Shown: positions 34,087-48,325 of the stretch, piece after piece | Position numbering within the stretch: the stretch's first letter is position 1 | Layout of the letters: each line of letters starts with the position of its first letter | Origin: Ramazzottius varieornatus | Lineage: Eukaryota; Animalia; Tardigrada | NCBI GenBank assembly: GCA_001949185.1 | Contig: BDGG01000014.1 | Coordinates: 1,457,378-1,521,377, forward strand | Length of the DNA stretch: 64,000 bases | Direction of reading: 5' to 3' | The notes under the pieces: model-generated | Told to the model about the DNA's origin: nothing | What the model saw: the letters and a program-made list of their open reading frames with translations, nothing else | Databases searched by the model: none | Position numbers and translations under genes: made by a program

Positions 34087-37000
34087 TCATTTCACCTCTG
34101 TGATAGTCTCCACCGTTGTCCCATTGGGCGTGTCGACCACGGTGGTCGAATCGACGACTCTGGCTCGGGGACTAGGCGGCAAGATGTTCTCGTCGATATA
34201 GTTGGTCACGGGACGGTTGAATGCCGTCTTGGGGACCTTTTCCAGATGGTGGAAGTCTGACTCGTCCATCGGGCCGTGCTTCTTGAGGAGAAGCGCGTCC
34301 GTCGCTTCGTTCTCCTGTATCTTGTCTGAAGGCGAGTACTGGTTCCTTCCTCTCCGCCGTATCCTACACATGTAAATTATGACGGCGATCAGAGCGGCCA
34401 GGAGGAAGATGCCGCAGATGACGCCAACGATGATGGCTGTATTTCGTTGAAATGCTGGCGTCGCTTCCTACTCACATAGACATAACATTACTTCCGTAAG
34501 GTGGGTATATATTGATAGTAAGCGGTCATGTCGTTGTGTGACACGCTGTATACTAATTGATATGACATTACTTGTGTAGGGGCTGCCGGGAAGGCCTGGT
34601 ACTCTTCAGCGACCGCAGGCGCCACGTTCCACTGGGGAAACTGAAGTTCGGTTTGCATGTGGGACGAATCGGTGGGTGCGACGAGACCGACAAGGACTGG
34701 GGGAAGGATGGGGGCGGCACACGCCGACTCTTCAAGGTGGGCGCCGGTGAAACGGGTGGTGGTTCCCGGCGAGGATTCATTGCGGAGAGCTGTCTCCAGC
34801 GGTGTTAGTGGGCCAACCTTGTCGGTGTTGTATACCAAGTCGATTTCTGGGTCTGAAGCAGTCAAGAAGCAAAACTAGCTAGACGACGGGCATCAGCTGG
34901 ATATTGTATGAAACTTACTGGATAGACATCCGGAATAAGGTTTGTAGGCCTCAAGCTCGGGGCTGCGGCGAACTGGAATGTCGATACCACCGATCGTGAC
35001 GTACTGGACGAAGCCTGGATACTGGCTGCTTGTCCAGCCGACTTCTCTTTTTGTTCCATCCACCTATATCATAAACACTGGTACTCACCATCCGGCAGCC
35101 TAAGAACGTATATTACAAATAACTCTTTTGATTTCCGCCGCTGTCTGGAGGCTCAATTTTCAGTCTTGCTCCTCCCGGATATTTGACAAGTTTTCAGCTA
35201 AACACAGGGCTTGTCCTACCGTCCGGCCTGCTCTGATTTCTATGTGTAAGAGTGCTGGCTTTAGTATAAGTTTGCAAACCTGAATGTTCATTTGCGCTGA
35301 GCCGATTTCTACTTGAACGTGGTGTCTCTGGCCGTCAGCAAAGTTGCCGGCTATCACTTCTCGAGAGCGCGAAGCTTCCTCCGTCAGCACGTCGACAATG
35401 ACCTCTCCCTTGGTTGTCAACCCAATGACGATTTCTGTCAACTTTCTGCAAGAAGAGAAAAGCAGCCCTGATTATCAGTACGGTTGATGGTGTGCGTCCT
35501 TCATTTGTCGGCTCTTACTGGAAAGTCTGGACAAAGAGCATGGCCACATCTTCTTGCGGTACGACAGCGGTAGAGAAAGTCAGGGCAAGCCTCAGCTTCT
35601 TGCTAATGTCAAAGGCTTGTCCACGGGCATAGCTGTAAGCGACGACCAGGCAGGAGGATGCGTCAAAGTTCGCTCCAATATCTATGGAAGAGGACACTGG
35701 TGAAGGTAAGGGTTGCACTGCAGCGTCGTCAATGTTTCTCACCGTCAGTACAAGTGGCACCTCCGTATGACGTGTTGCGGCAGATGCATTCGGTGGGCAC
35801 AGTTACATTGCCCCAGTTATTGACGCAACGCCCGCCATGACTGCAGGGATTGAGGCGATCACAGGAGGCATGACAGTCGTCCACCACACCTGCACAGACC
35901 AAGCATGGGTACTGTACACTAAGACCTTAGTTGTACAATAGGAAGCGTTTAACGTACCGGACGACCTCTCGGAATCGGCTTCGCCAGCCAGATCGAACAA
36001 GTGCTGGCCTATCTTGACCCCACGGATACAGCCATACCAGCCGGGGAAGTTGGTGGTCAATTGTGGTCTGGCTACCCCACCAACGTACACGTTCTTGAAG
36101 TTGGCAATGGCATAGTACGGTCTGGAAGGGACGATACTTTCCAAGGCTAGGTCACGCTTGTCGAAGGGCAAATGGGTGTAAGCCGTGATGTACTTGCGGC
36201 CTTCGGCTAGTTCCAGGCTGGCCGAATGGTGGTAGTCGACAGTCAAGACCGTCGTACCATTGTCTTGTCGCTGAACATGGACTTGGTGCCTGAGAGGGAC
36301 GGCACATCATTATCTTGCACAGTCAAAGCCAATGTCATCGGCCAGAAAGTATACTGTACTGTACCATCTGCCGTCGGTGAAGGAGTCGTCAGTGACAGTC
36401 AGGCTCTTGATGCGGTTACCGTTGTTGAAGGTGAAGATGAGTTGGCGGCTGTTCCATAGGTGCAGCTGCATAAAGTTATGAACGTTGTCGTGGGCGTACA
36501 AGAGGATGCCGGAGGGCGAGTGGCTGCGGAAGCTGAGAAGAAGGTCCTCGTTGAACATGTTCTCCACAGGGATGGTCCGGAACTGCATGTAGGACGTATC
36601 GGGGCTTTCAAACGTTATGGCCTTCGTGTTGATATCTAAGGGCCACAACGCATACCATCACGACCATGTATAGACAACCTTTCTTTTGCTGTACCGCATT
36701 GTCCAACTTCCAACAGACATTTCTCGACATTTTGCTACATTTACATTACTGGCTTCCATATGGAATGGAAGACTACTACTAACGTATAGAATTTGACTGT
36801 ACCGATTTGGCAGAGCGGTCCCGACTGGGCTAGTGGATTGGCACACAAGCATTCGAAGGAGCCAAACTTGTCGAAACATTCCGCACCGTTTTGGCAAGGG
36901 TTGGGCGAGCAGGAAGACTGGCATCCTCGGCGGATGTCTTGTGAATGAGAGCCTTCCACAGCAGCTTCCACATCAACACTGACGCCACCGCGAAAGAAAC

Positions 37001-40000
37001 CTTTGATGCAACCGATCAAACCCGGCTCGGCTTCCGGTACATCCCTTCAAATAAAGACACGAGTACACAGACCATCCACGAAGTGTACAGCGTAGGGAAA
37101 GAACTTACGCTGGGTATCCTCCCACATGGAGGACACCGACGTACTGGCCAACCCGATCGAACTTGGACCAGGACATGTAGGCCGAATTCAGATCAACCGA
37201 CAGGCGCAGTTCGTCACTGCCAAACTCCACCTTGACCAGATGCCATGCCCCATTGTTCAGTCGCTTGCCAGAGGTGGCAACTTGCAAGGCTTGAACGATG
37301 CCATTGAAGGAAATGAACAAGGTCACCGTTGTTTCTATCAGACAGGATAAAAGTCAGTTTTGATATAAGGCCAGGGTGCCGACTGTGGCGAAAGTGTCAA
37401 TTGTTACCGTTGGTTTGGGCGATACGGAAAGAGTTGACTTGCCACTTGGTAGTGACACCGGGTTGGTAGATGAGAACAGCCTGCTTGAGGTTGGTCTTGT
37501 AGAAGAAGCTAATGTCTTCCTCGTCCTTTAGCGTGGCCATCTGCAGCGAACCGGTATGGGACATGAAGGAGACTGTTCGCTCGATCCAACTCTTGCCTAG
37601 ACACTCCAGCGCACCCAACGACAGCGTACCCGCTCCCCGGATAGGGCGATTGATGAATGTCATATTGGTGATGCCCACAAACTCCTTACTGGTAAAGTAT
37701 CCTTCATCGACCTAAAGAGCAAAGACCATGCTCTTTCCACAAATGAAGCAAATGGTTGATCATCGACAGGAATAAGTAGTTACGCGGTTGGTGCCGTCGT
37801 CGGCGTCGCAGTTGCACGGAAGATCGCGTGAGGTGCCCATGGCGCACAAGGTACCACCGGTAGCGCAGCTGCACTTCCCTGGCGTATCCGAACCGAAACT
37901 AGTGACGTTACCCGTCTCGTGGGCTGAGCGGAACCAAGTGTGCGTTCCTAGCCTATACAGCAACGAATATGCTCCAGTTTCACTCGACTTAAAGTCAGGC
38001 AAAGACTTACTTCAATGGAGCCATGCGACACTTATAAGAGATGAACTGTCGACACTGCTGAGAGATATCCACCAGTTTCTTCAAAGAGTCCTCCTGGTCG
38101 AACTGTCTGTATTGGATGGCGTATCTGATGGCGCCCAACTTGGAAGTCTTGAGCTCGACAGGGTGGAAATTATGCGTTACTACCGTTGTTCCGGGCTCGC
38201 TGGTCATGTTACAGTAGACGAAGGTCGGCTTCATCGGACCACTGCCATCCAGATCGATTCTGCAACATCATCACCAACATACAGTACGGTAATGCAAAGG
38301 AATGGAAAGATAGGCACATTCTGCTCCATACATGTGGACTCCACTGCGGCGTTCTCCAGCCAAGAAGAGGTCGGTGCAAGTCTGCATGTAAGAGGGAATG
38401 GCGCAGGTCTTGCCGCTGTAGCCACTACCGTCGCACTGACATGTCGCGCCCATGATACCATTTCGACACAGCGAGCCATGCTGGCAAGGGTTACTGCTTT
38501 CGCAGGTCGGTCCCGCCGTGCCGCACTTGCCCAGGGCAACGTCGTTGCTCCCTTCAGCGTTAGCCACCGTTCGGCCATCCACCAGTTGATCAGCTTGCCG
38601 AATGTGTCGGACACAACCACTGAAACCGCTGGCTTCGCCACGACGTCCGATGGTCAGTGGACCGCGCAGCAACATTGAATCGGTGGCCGGGCTCAACTCG
38701 AATGCTTGCCCATCCACCTTACAAGACAAAGCAAGGCTGAAAAGGGCCAAATCTAACTTGATATTTTAATGTTGGGTGATATACCAGTAGAGAGACTTTA
38801 ACTCGTTGAGCCACTACCGACGCCATCTTGATGGAGTTGGGGTCATCTTCCGGCATCGGTGCAAGTCGGAGACGGTACATTTGGCTGTTGACAAGTTCGC
38901 TGCTGTTGATGGAAGAATCGGTGGTGGCCGTCACAGCCGGGCCAATGACGAAGCCAATGATTTGCGTCGTCGCTTGGGATTGCTCGGAGACTTGTTGAGT
39001 AGCGCTCTGGCTGGCTGGTTCCGTAGACTGGCCCGTAGGTGAAGGCGACAGATTGACGGCGGCGGGGGAGACAGCTTCTGCCTCAGACTTGCTGCTGGAT
39101 ATGGCCTGGCTATCGACAGCCATGTTGGCAGCTTCTTCGTCGCTGGCCATCGGAGCCACTCCTCCCGCGCCTTCCTTGTCCGCCGACCCATCGTCTATGG
39201 ACAATCAGTCGTAAAGCATAGGTTGTCCCGCAGAAAGGAAGTAATCAGCGTACCTTGACGGCGAACCCGTTGAGCCTGATAACCGACAATAGCTTGAGAG
39301 TTTGCCTGATCGACCACCTTCAACTGAAGGCTATGCCAGTTTCCGTCAGCCGTCACCCGAGCCAGAGGCTCGGTGTACAACTGCTGCATGTTCCCCGCTT
39401 GGTCGGGATAGTTTAGTCCCAAGACCAGTCCGTTCGAGCCGACGTCGACCTACTCGCACACTCACACCCTTAAAAGCAAGAAAGAAGGATCAGAAGATAA
39501 GGCACCTTACCTTGAAGTCACCCGCACCATACTGAGTCTGCAGGTCGGCGCTGATGATGGTGGCTCGTGGAGTTGGCTCGGCGGGAACTATGCGAAAGTC
39601 CATGGCAATGTCCAGAGGTGAGTGGGCGGGCTCGGCGCTAATCAGCGCGATGACGGCAGCTGCCTCGAGGGAAGCCAGCGTGACAGCTAGGTCTTGGCTG
39701 CGAATGTCCTCGCAACCTTGGTCCACAACGTCAGCTGGACGAAGGCGGATGGCACGGCCTGTCGTGGATTTGAGGAAGGTCGTCAGACTGCGTGGGTTAC
39801 GCAGAGACTCCAAAATGTTGGTGGAACCCAGGTAAACGCGACGCAGACATCCCACGAATGGCTGTGAATCTACAACACAGCCATTAAGCCACACATTGCA
39901 AAGGAAAATCTGCACAAAAACAACCCCTCGTATAAAAGCCTAAAAGGCATAAAGCTATGACGCAACATTTCAACTGTGTGGAATAAAACAAAACCAGTAA

Positions 40001-42036
40001 GAAAAGTGAAAAACGCGCGCCACCTGAAGAAAATGAATCAGAGAAGTTAGGTGAACCGAGTAAGAGACCTTTTTCTAGCGTGATAAATGGATAATGAAAT
40101 CATACTTTGATGATTAGGGCCGAGAGTTGGATGACATAATGGAGCACTTACCGGGATGAAGTGTGTTTTGTCGTTGATCGATGCCGCCAAGGAGGACTTC
40201 CGGCAACAAGAGCAACGAGGTGCCCTTGTGGCCATCCGGTAGTCCAACGTGATTTTCCCCATAACTATCCACCTTCACTGATAGTCCGCCTTGCTTTGCC
40301 TCCAGCACCAGTGAATGCCATCTACATAACGGAAATCATTGCTCTGCTCATGCGCTCACCTTCTCCCGCCATGCATCGAGAGGTTACGTACCTTCCATCG
40401 GAGACTTCAGTGTCTTCTACGGTTACCTGGGATGGTACCGCACCGTTGTGCAGGCTGATGTGCAAATATTTACCGCTAACGAGAACCGTTAGGCTTATCG
40501 GCGATGATTCGCCACCATCGCTGGTTCTCACACTACCACTCATCAGAAAGGCTTCGCTGAAGTACGTCTGAAACAGGCAAAGAACAACTACAGGACGGAA
40601 TGTTGTCTTCCGCGACCAAAATTAGACTTGTTGAACAAAGCAAGCTTGATGACGCTAACCATACCTACGAAAATTTGTCAAGCACTTCCTACATCTAGCT
40701 TAGTAATCGAGTTTTTGAAATCTGACAATAGAACCGATCGCTTTGCAAATTTTCTGTTACGTAAGATAATATCCTTGATATTCCCGGCACTGCTGTTTTG
40801 ATATAAAGCTAAAATGTCAGCTTCGATGTTTGTTCGGTCAACTATCTCATGTCCTAATTTATAAAATACCGTTTCGTTAAACAATCCGAAAATGCGACCG
40901 GTACCTTAAAGTCCCACGCTAAGCGACTGTTAACCGTAGTTTGATCGCCATCTTGCTTGTAATGGACATACTGATCGCCGTTCAAGGTAATAACACTAAC
41001 ATCTGCGAAGTAAGACAATAGGAAATCATGCAAAATTGAAACTCAAGTGGCACAATTAAGTTATAAGTATGTGGTCCTACCTGGCGATGCGCAAGTCGGT
41101 CCTTCGAAGGTACTTGGAGAGCAATCACACTTGCCACCCTCAAGACAGACGCCGCCATGAAGACAGGGACAAGTCACTTCTTGACATTCCTCATACGCTG
41201 CGTCATTGGTTACAGGGAGCTCCTTCCAGTCCAGTGCCACCATTCCGTCACTGCTGCTTTGCAATTCATATTGCACATCGCTGATGCAGCCTTCCAGCCG
41301 GCCCGAGCTCGAGGCCGTACCGTTACTGGCGCCACCCAGATGGATGTTATACTGAGCTCCTTGTGCATATTCCCCACCACTGCTGCCCAGCTTCAGGGTG
41401 AGGGTTGGGTTCTCCCGCTTGTCCACACGGCTTTGCACAGTGTGGCTCTGCAACGGGTCGTAGATAACGTGTAGCTCGTGCCATTGATTGTCGGCCAGAT
41501 CTGCAAGCACAAAGAACTTACGTGTAGTCCACACAATCACTGCAGAAAATATCCTTCAACTGAATGCGTCCAAACGGCCAGGATAAGGCCTAATAAAACG
41601 AACAGCGAAAATATCTGCCAGGAGCGACGGAACTTTTTGGCCATTGGTTCTAAGTACGGAGACAACCTAAAACTCTTTGATTGATTGTTCGAGAAGACTA
41701 ACGTGCAATTTCTTGAGCTGCCGAGTTTTCGCCCTTGGCGGTGTGGCTCATATCAATCTTGCCATCTTTCAGTTGCAGCAGCAGCTGACTTTCCACAGCG
41801 GGATGGGCTGAATCGGTGGCAATCAGGTGTAAGAGTACTCCATTGGGGTTACTTGTCTTGAAGCGAAAGGAGAGATCCAAGACGGAAGTGGGAAGTTGGC
41901 CGTCAATGGTGAAATAAGGGAGAGGCTGATCGGCTTTGGCCGGTGAGATCCTGAATGATCGCGAGTGGGTGAAGGCGCAAAAGCCCGTGAAGATTAGCCA
42001 ACAGATCCACAGCTGGCCACTAGCTGGTCCCATCAT
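34087..42036 (-). CDS. Axotactin / CASPR-neurexin-superfamily type I membrane protein (multiple LamG, EGF, fibrinogen-like)
   Basis: Signal peptide MMGPASGQLWICWLIFTGFCAFTHS. LamG motifs (LSFRFKTSNPNGVLL, LADNQWHEL, FVGCLRRV, WYGCIRGV). EGF modules (CLHGGVC, NPCQHGSLC, NPCQNGAEC). Fibrinogen-like TCTDLF..IDLDGSGPMKPTFVYCNM; CNCDA. TM IIVGVICGIFLLAALIAVIIYM, then a cytoplasmic tail ending ETITEVK*. Confidence 0.88.
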
Positions 42037-45000
42037 TCCCAACTATTCAATTTCTGCTACAGACCATCGATTCCCTGCAGAGAAAAAGACCCAGAGTAAA
42101 AATCCAGATTCCAGGTCAAGTCTGATATAGATGTTCCGTTTATCAAGTTTGGAAAGTTTGAAGTTAGCTGGAGCAGACAGATAACGGTACTCTCTAGCTA
42201 ACGCTCAACGATTAACCGGCAGCACTCTGTGGAAAGTGAGTTCGACACCGGCATTTCGATCAATTACCTACACCGGTCTAAACCGCGGCGTACGCTGGTT
42301 GTTACAGTCATAAAACGAGTGCACCGTACAAGCCTGATAACGGAAAAGAACTCAGCGACGAGACAGCCTTTTGTAACGGCAATTATTCAAGTACTTTGCA
42401 ACACTGAACGTCTGATAGAAGACCTTTGATTAACCTTCCTAAATTAACAATAACCATTTAGTAGTGAAAACTGTCATGACTCGCTTTTTCCGTCTTCCTC
42501 AAGCTGGTACGGGGTGTACCGGCCACCGTGGACGTACAACGTAAGGAAATCCGCCTGTCAGGACTTGTGCACGCCGTTCAGCTTTCAGTGCGGCAGCCCA
42601 CTGTCCAAGGTTTCACGACAGAAATTCACCTGTCGACTGGTCGGACCGGAAATTTGGCTAAACGACTACAAATCCATCCGTACCACACAGAGTTCTTGGT
42701 AGCGGTTCTTTCATGCACAAACGGGTATTCTCCAAGAATTAAGATACTTCCCCAACAAATGGCGCTCTTCATCCAGCAGATACAATGTGAATTAGTGCTA
42801 ACGACCTCAAGCACAGCATTTTGTCATACCCTACTGTACACGCTGATTCGACGAGAGGCCTTTCGACTGTACAGCTGGTTATCAAAACATCTGAGGGCTG
42901 GTGGAGCGCTACAAGTCCAGGTCGCCGGCAATAAAAGTATCTAGACAGTCGTCATAAACGGGCTCGATATGGTTAGAATAAGACATTGGTGACGCCCAGC
43001 TCGTTACATTCTGATCATTCAACCATACCTGCACCTGTATATGCTTGTCCTTCCTTATCACCACTCGGCCCATGACACACCGATGCTAACGCGCAACCAG
43101 AGATAAAAAATTGCCACCATATAAAAGATGAGAACGTGCTCATACAATGCTCATCGACTAATCCCTCGCTCATCAATAAAAAAAACTTTCACAGTGACAA
43201 GAAAGATATCCTACCTATTTGCCTCAAGCTCCCGCCTTCCGAATTTGAAGAGTGCTCAAGAAACGCGTGCCGTTGCGGTCTCTGTTCGGCTGCAATTCGA
43301 CGTTTCCGTTGTCGAATGGGCGGTTAACTTTTAGAGTATTGCTTGTCAGTTGCCCATACTCTGAACCAGAAAGGCTGCACGTTGTGGTCACAGCAAATAG
43401 ACCTTCGGACTATACATGTTCTTCAGATACGGCGCAATTTCAGGCTCCGATCAAACATATTTGCTCTGTTTGTCCACACCCATTCTCTTTCACCACTGTG
43501 TTGAACGTGATCCCAGAATATTGCGCGTAGATCAACAAGGGAAAACCTTCAAGTTTATTGGAACTGTTTCTCTATACTATAGCTCCAGTCAACGGGTGAG
43601 AAAAATCATGATGTTTTTTGATGACGCTGTCAAGTGGCGACGTCGTGCCCATGCCGCACTTTAAGTAGGAGGTCATAGTTGGCCAATTCAAGCAGATATT
43701 GTAAATCATATCACACTTAGCGAAGCGTACTGTCGTAAAAGTAAAACAGAGACTTGTTCATTATCTGAACAAGGAGGCAGAATTGCACTACCGCACTCGT
43801 TGGCGCATAAACGACCAAGTACTCAACCTTACATTTACGCTTGAATCAACTAACTTGGAAATTCCTAGTCTCTCAAGCAGTTATCTCATTACCCTACTTT
43901 TCATCCAGTTATCTACCGGACAAAAAGTACGTCACCATAACTTCAAAAATAGAGCGAGCTCATGAGCTTGGTTTGATTTTCGAAAATCTTGGCGGCGCCA
44001 CTGGGCTGTGTCGATGCCGCGGCATGGCACGGTTCGTTGATTTCAATCGAAAATAATTAGGTGAAATGTATTCAAATTGCCGTGCTGAAGCATAAAGGCG
44101 GGTTAGAAAGGTCGAGCGAAAGGTAAAGAAAGGCAAAACAGTGTGGCTTGTAATTTGCGATCATACTGTAGCAGCTGTATACATATGTATATGCTAGGGT
44201 AGCTATTACGACGAAAAGCAAGAGAAATTTTCCAATTCAGGTTTGAAGCATTTCTGTTGGCCATACAGGCCGTCATCGATGATCAGTACGAGATCAAAAA
44301 CTGTGCATTTGAATGCCAGAAGAATTAACGCGTCGCTTAGACTGTTTTGCTCGGCAGTAAAACGTCGGACAGCATTTTCCCAACCGGTATTCTTAGAGCA
44401 CACTCTTTGTTTCATCGTGGTGCTGCGCACGTTAAAAATGGCCGCAAGCGTCTAATGACAGCAGGGTACTTGCACTCCATCTTCGCGTTTGCCCGCCATT
44501 ACCTCAATCAGTGCAACCAAGAGGAAGACTCGGTACAATCGAAGGTTACTGACTGGCATGCACCTAGTACCAAAATCGTTAACCACAAAACTATCGTCAT
44601 CTAACCGTCTTAAGATACCACCCAAAGCTCTCGAATGGCCCTTCAACTCTAAAATCGTTCTGACAAGATTTCGGAATATTGACACCCTGCAAAACTACAC
44701 GTGGTACTTGGTTACGATCGGCATCAGTCTAACCGATCTGCAGTTGATGGTTTAATGGGTACGATTTCCAGAGTTCTTGAGCGCATCGAATATTCACCGG
44801 TATCTACCACAAAGAAAAGAAGACCACTTTATTATTTTATAACTTGTCTGGAGCGTTGTAAACAGTCAACAAGGCCTCTTCAGACATTTGATATCACGAG
44901 GGAGCCTGCTCCAAAAGGAAATCGATCCCGAGCAAGTTCGTTGGATGGTTTAGGGGGCTTATTAAAATTTCACATAGCAAGACGGAAGAAAGAACGGACG

Positions 45001-46529
45001 TCTGCCTGGCAAAAGACGTCGAAACGACAAATAGCGATCCTGTTATTCGACTGGTAGATAAGCGACTTATGAATATTGTGCTGCAAACGAAAAAACCGGC
45101 TGACTGACAGCAGACGGCTTTTGCGCCGCCGTATTCGAGATTTAGCCCACCAGGGTACCTCCATCGGCGACTGATGCCCATCTTATGGCCATTTGTAGTG
45201 TCATCCAACCAACCCAAAAGTTTCAATGCCAAAAGGTTTACTCATCGATATACAGTATAACCGAACTCGTGTCACTCCAAACACACAGTATTGAACGCAA
45301 ACATCGGGAACTCGCTTGATAATTGACTGACATACCCAGATCCACGGACCACATCGTGATGGGACCCGATTGCAAGTTGTTCCCCCTAACAAAGACTTAC
45401 TCACCTCTGCTTCACGAACAATACCGCTGCATCCAAAATTCCCGCTGGCAGCTTGGTGTTCAGAAAGACAGGTTTCATCGAACGGTTCAACGCCGAAGAC
45501 TCGTCGCCGATACAAGACAGAAATAATGCAGTGAAAAATGGATGTTAATGTGGGCTAAATAATGCTACAAAATGGCCGATACAGATCGCCGCGATATTCT
45601 GCCGCAAAAGATTCGACGGAGAATTTGGCTTGAATGTAGCAGATGGCACTTAGCCGCACTATAAAGAATCACTCTGATGGCATTTTTTAGCAGTTTTAGG
45701 CCAGCTATCGATTGTGATCAAATGTAGCTCGTCAATTCTGCCTACGATCATGCAGGCGCCATTTCGGACATTTGGGGTATTCTGCACTGGCTGCATACCA
45801 GTGGTCACTCCGTGCCTGCCATCATTAAGTCCTAATACTGATCCAACGTACGTCTCTCTTTTATTTCAAGTTCAAAACTTCTTTCTCATCATGGCGTCGC
45901 TCTAAACTTGTCATCGTTCGACATTCGGTGCGAACCTGCAGGCTACGATACAAGATGACCGGTTCCGGCCAAATTTTTGATGTTTTGTTCATGGTGATTG
46001 AAGTTAGATGTCGTTTTGAGTGGAGACTACTCTACCGTCAACCATCTAACATGGAAAGGATAGCCTGTTTGAGCCATTGTCATGTCTTATTAAAAAGTCT
46101 TTGAGCAACTGAGCGCCTTTATTTTCCCCTTGAAGATCAGCCCGATACTCTTCCGCCTTCATTTCCTGGGGCGGCATCATCGGACGGCTCCATCTATATG
46201 ACGCCTCTATCCACTCCCCCTTAGAATGCATTTTGTCAACACAGCATATCCTAACATTTTGCGCGATTGATCGAAACCTGGTTTGATAGCAGCAAATTAA
46301 AGCAAACTTGTAGGTTTGCGCAAATGTGCCGCATGACGTCACTGCGATGGACCAGATAGGCTGGCCGCGACGACGTCACACCTGGTATCAGGTTTTCGCC
46401 CATCTGAATATGGATTTTGCGGTGCTGGTCAACCTCTTATCTGACTGCCGGTATTTGCCTACTCACTTCTATCACAGTTTATCTCACCTGGGATGGTGTC
46501 GCTGATATTCCTTTTTTGCGCCGCCGTCG

Positions 46530-47330
46530 GTTCCCATCTTGCGGGGTACTCGTATCCATCCAAAATCAACCAGAACCAAAGCATTTTTATTTGCTCTTGA
46601 ACTGGATCAGCATGTCTTCCACTCTGCCGGCTCGATTTCCTACCAAGAAAAAGAGGTTCGTCAAGGCGAGCAAGTACCTAGCAAAACTTCGGAACACCAT
46701 GAGCAGTCGTGTTATAAGTTGTTCGTCATCACTCATCAGAGGTTTGCTAGCGGCATCAATCCACCCTTCGGCCACGCATTTCAGATCAGTTCTTTCCTCC
46801 ATAAACTTCACTCCATGATGAAGATCTTGGTCGGGAAACCACCAATCGCATTATAACGAAGGGTAATGGTGACTGATTGGAGTTACAAAGCACTGTCTGT
46901 GGTCTCTTTGATTCACCGGAAGTCAGACAACAGTTCTGTCTTGGGATCACGGTCCAAACATGGTCACCTCCGTTCATCTGTTGCGTCTGCGACGGTGTCT
47001 GTCCTTCCGGTAGGTCCGTCGGTAGAGGCTGCAGCACAAGTGTCTTCGTGGCACAAACAACAAGATCTGTAACCTACGACTACGAGAAGTGGACTTACAG
47101 GCAGCTCGATTCCGCGTGTTCGCAGCTTCCTAGACCTGGTATCAACAAAGTGAGAAGCTACATATTCGACTTACCAGTATTGCACTGGTCATGCCTCCCA
47201 GCAGTTGTACCAGGCTTCCCAACAGATACAAGCCTGATGGGGCCATGGGAGAAGATTGAAGAAAGAGAAATCTGGCATGGCTGTCAGAAGACTGTTCCGG
47301 AAGTCGGGCTCTGCTGATGCTAGACACGGG
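46530..47330 (+). mobile_element. Highly decayed non-LTR retrotransposon (RTE-clade-like) reverse transcriptase 3' fragment
   Basis: Frameshifted colinear remnants: RIHPKSTRTKAFLFALELD (~GxHQGSALSPFLFxLVMD), VPSKTSEH (~NxSKTEYM), FRSVLSS..DEDLGRETTNRI (~YLGSVL..D.D.EI.NRI), and later RLKKE/IWHGC (~GRPKKRWLDC). No intact ORF. Matches are by eye only. Confidence 0.4.
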
Positions 47331-48325
47331 CTCACGGCAGATTTAATCTTCAGGACTGCGGAACGAAAAACCAGAGAAACAACAGGTTTCTCGCGGTGGC
47401 CACTCTTTCAGCTCCATCTTTAGGGATCTGTAGTCTATGAGACGCCTACCGTGACTTCCATAACAATGTCCAAACAGACAGATTAAGTGCAGCGCTCAGA
47501 TTCCGAAACTAAGCTGAACTTCAGCTGAGATGCTGTACGAATGCATCGTGCTGTCATGCTGTAACTGCTGTTAAGTTAGCGGGCATCACCAGAGGGATTG
47601 CGATCATAACGACAAAGGACGACGTCATGACGGTCAAGCCTTGATTGTCAGAATGGCCGAGAACGCACTCACCCGCCAAAATTCCAGAACTTAAAGTTGC
47701 TTCCCAGACCTTTTACACTTGGTCGAGATCCCGAGACTCTCGTTTGGACTTTGCAGTACAAGACACCTCAACGGATTGGCGGATACCGCTGGATTGATGC
47801 TGGCACTGCAGAAGCTGGGGTAGCGACAGCACATGGCGAACTGGCGTTTGTCGAAGGCCGAGGGCCGGGGCTTCGTGCCGTCCAGAAGTTTTAATTCTTG
47901 TCGTAGTGCAAGACGACTACTCCAAAACATACGATGCCGTCCTTAGCGCTAAAGACTAGGATCAACGAAAGATCATACCCGAAAAGTATGGAAAAGCTGG
48001 CGGATGGGAAAACGGAGAATAACCCCCCGCTGACTGACTGTACAGAGGTAAGCTGATCGTAGGAAGTCTTGAAATCGAGTCGTCGACGCGCAAGCTTAAA
48101 TTGTTGGACACGAAAGTTGCGTTATCGAAGCTGACATCAACACACGGATTACAATTTGAAAACTGATTTTTTGTTGGCAGGAGTCGCAGTTTGAGAGACA
48201 CTTGGTGAGCAGTGGAATTATGGCTGGGAGAAAGGGTCGAATGACTCCTGAAAATTTTTAGATCGAACAGCAGAGCATTAAACGTGCCTACGATTTTGAA
48301 AGGTAAGCGTTTCGTTTCAGTATAG

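Noticed and set aside
35079-35101. Apparent 11-nt microexon (AG|GCTGCCGGATG|GTGAGT, minus strand) in the axotactin-like gene
   Set aside because: It would shift the frame and leave a ~25-nt downstream intron; the flanking exons already join in frame.
42200-46350. Scattered short ORFs and splice-like signals (e.g. 42541-42588; minus-strand donor ~45404)
   Set aside because: I could not assemble a coherent gene or recognise any domain; treated as intergenic.
47709-47765. TFYTWSRSRDSRLDFAV, resembling a LINE AP-endonuclease motif
   Set aside because: Too short, and on the wrong side of the RT remnant to belong to the same element.
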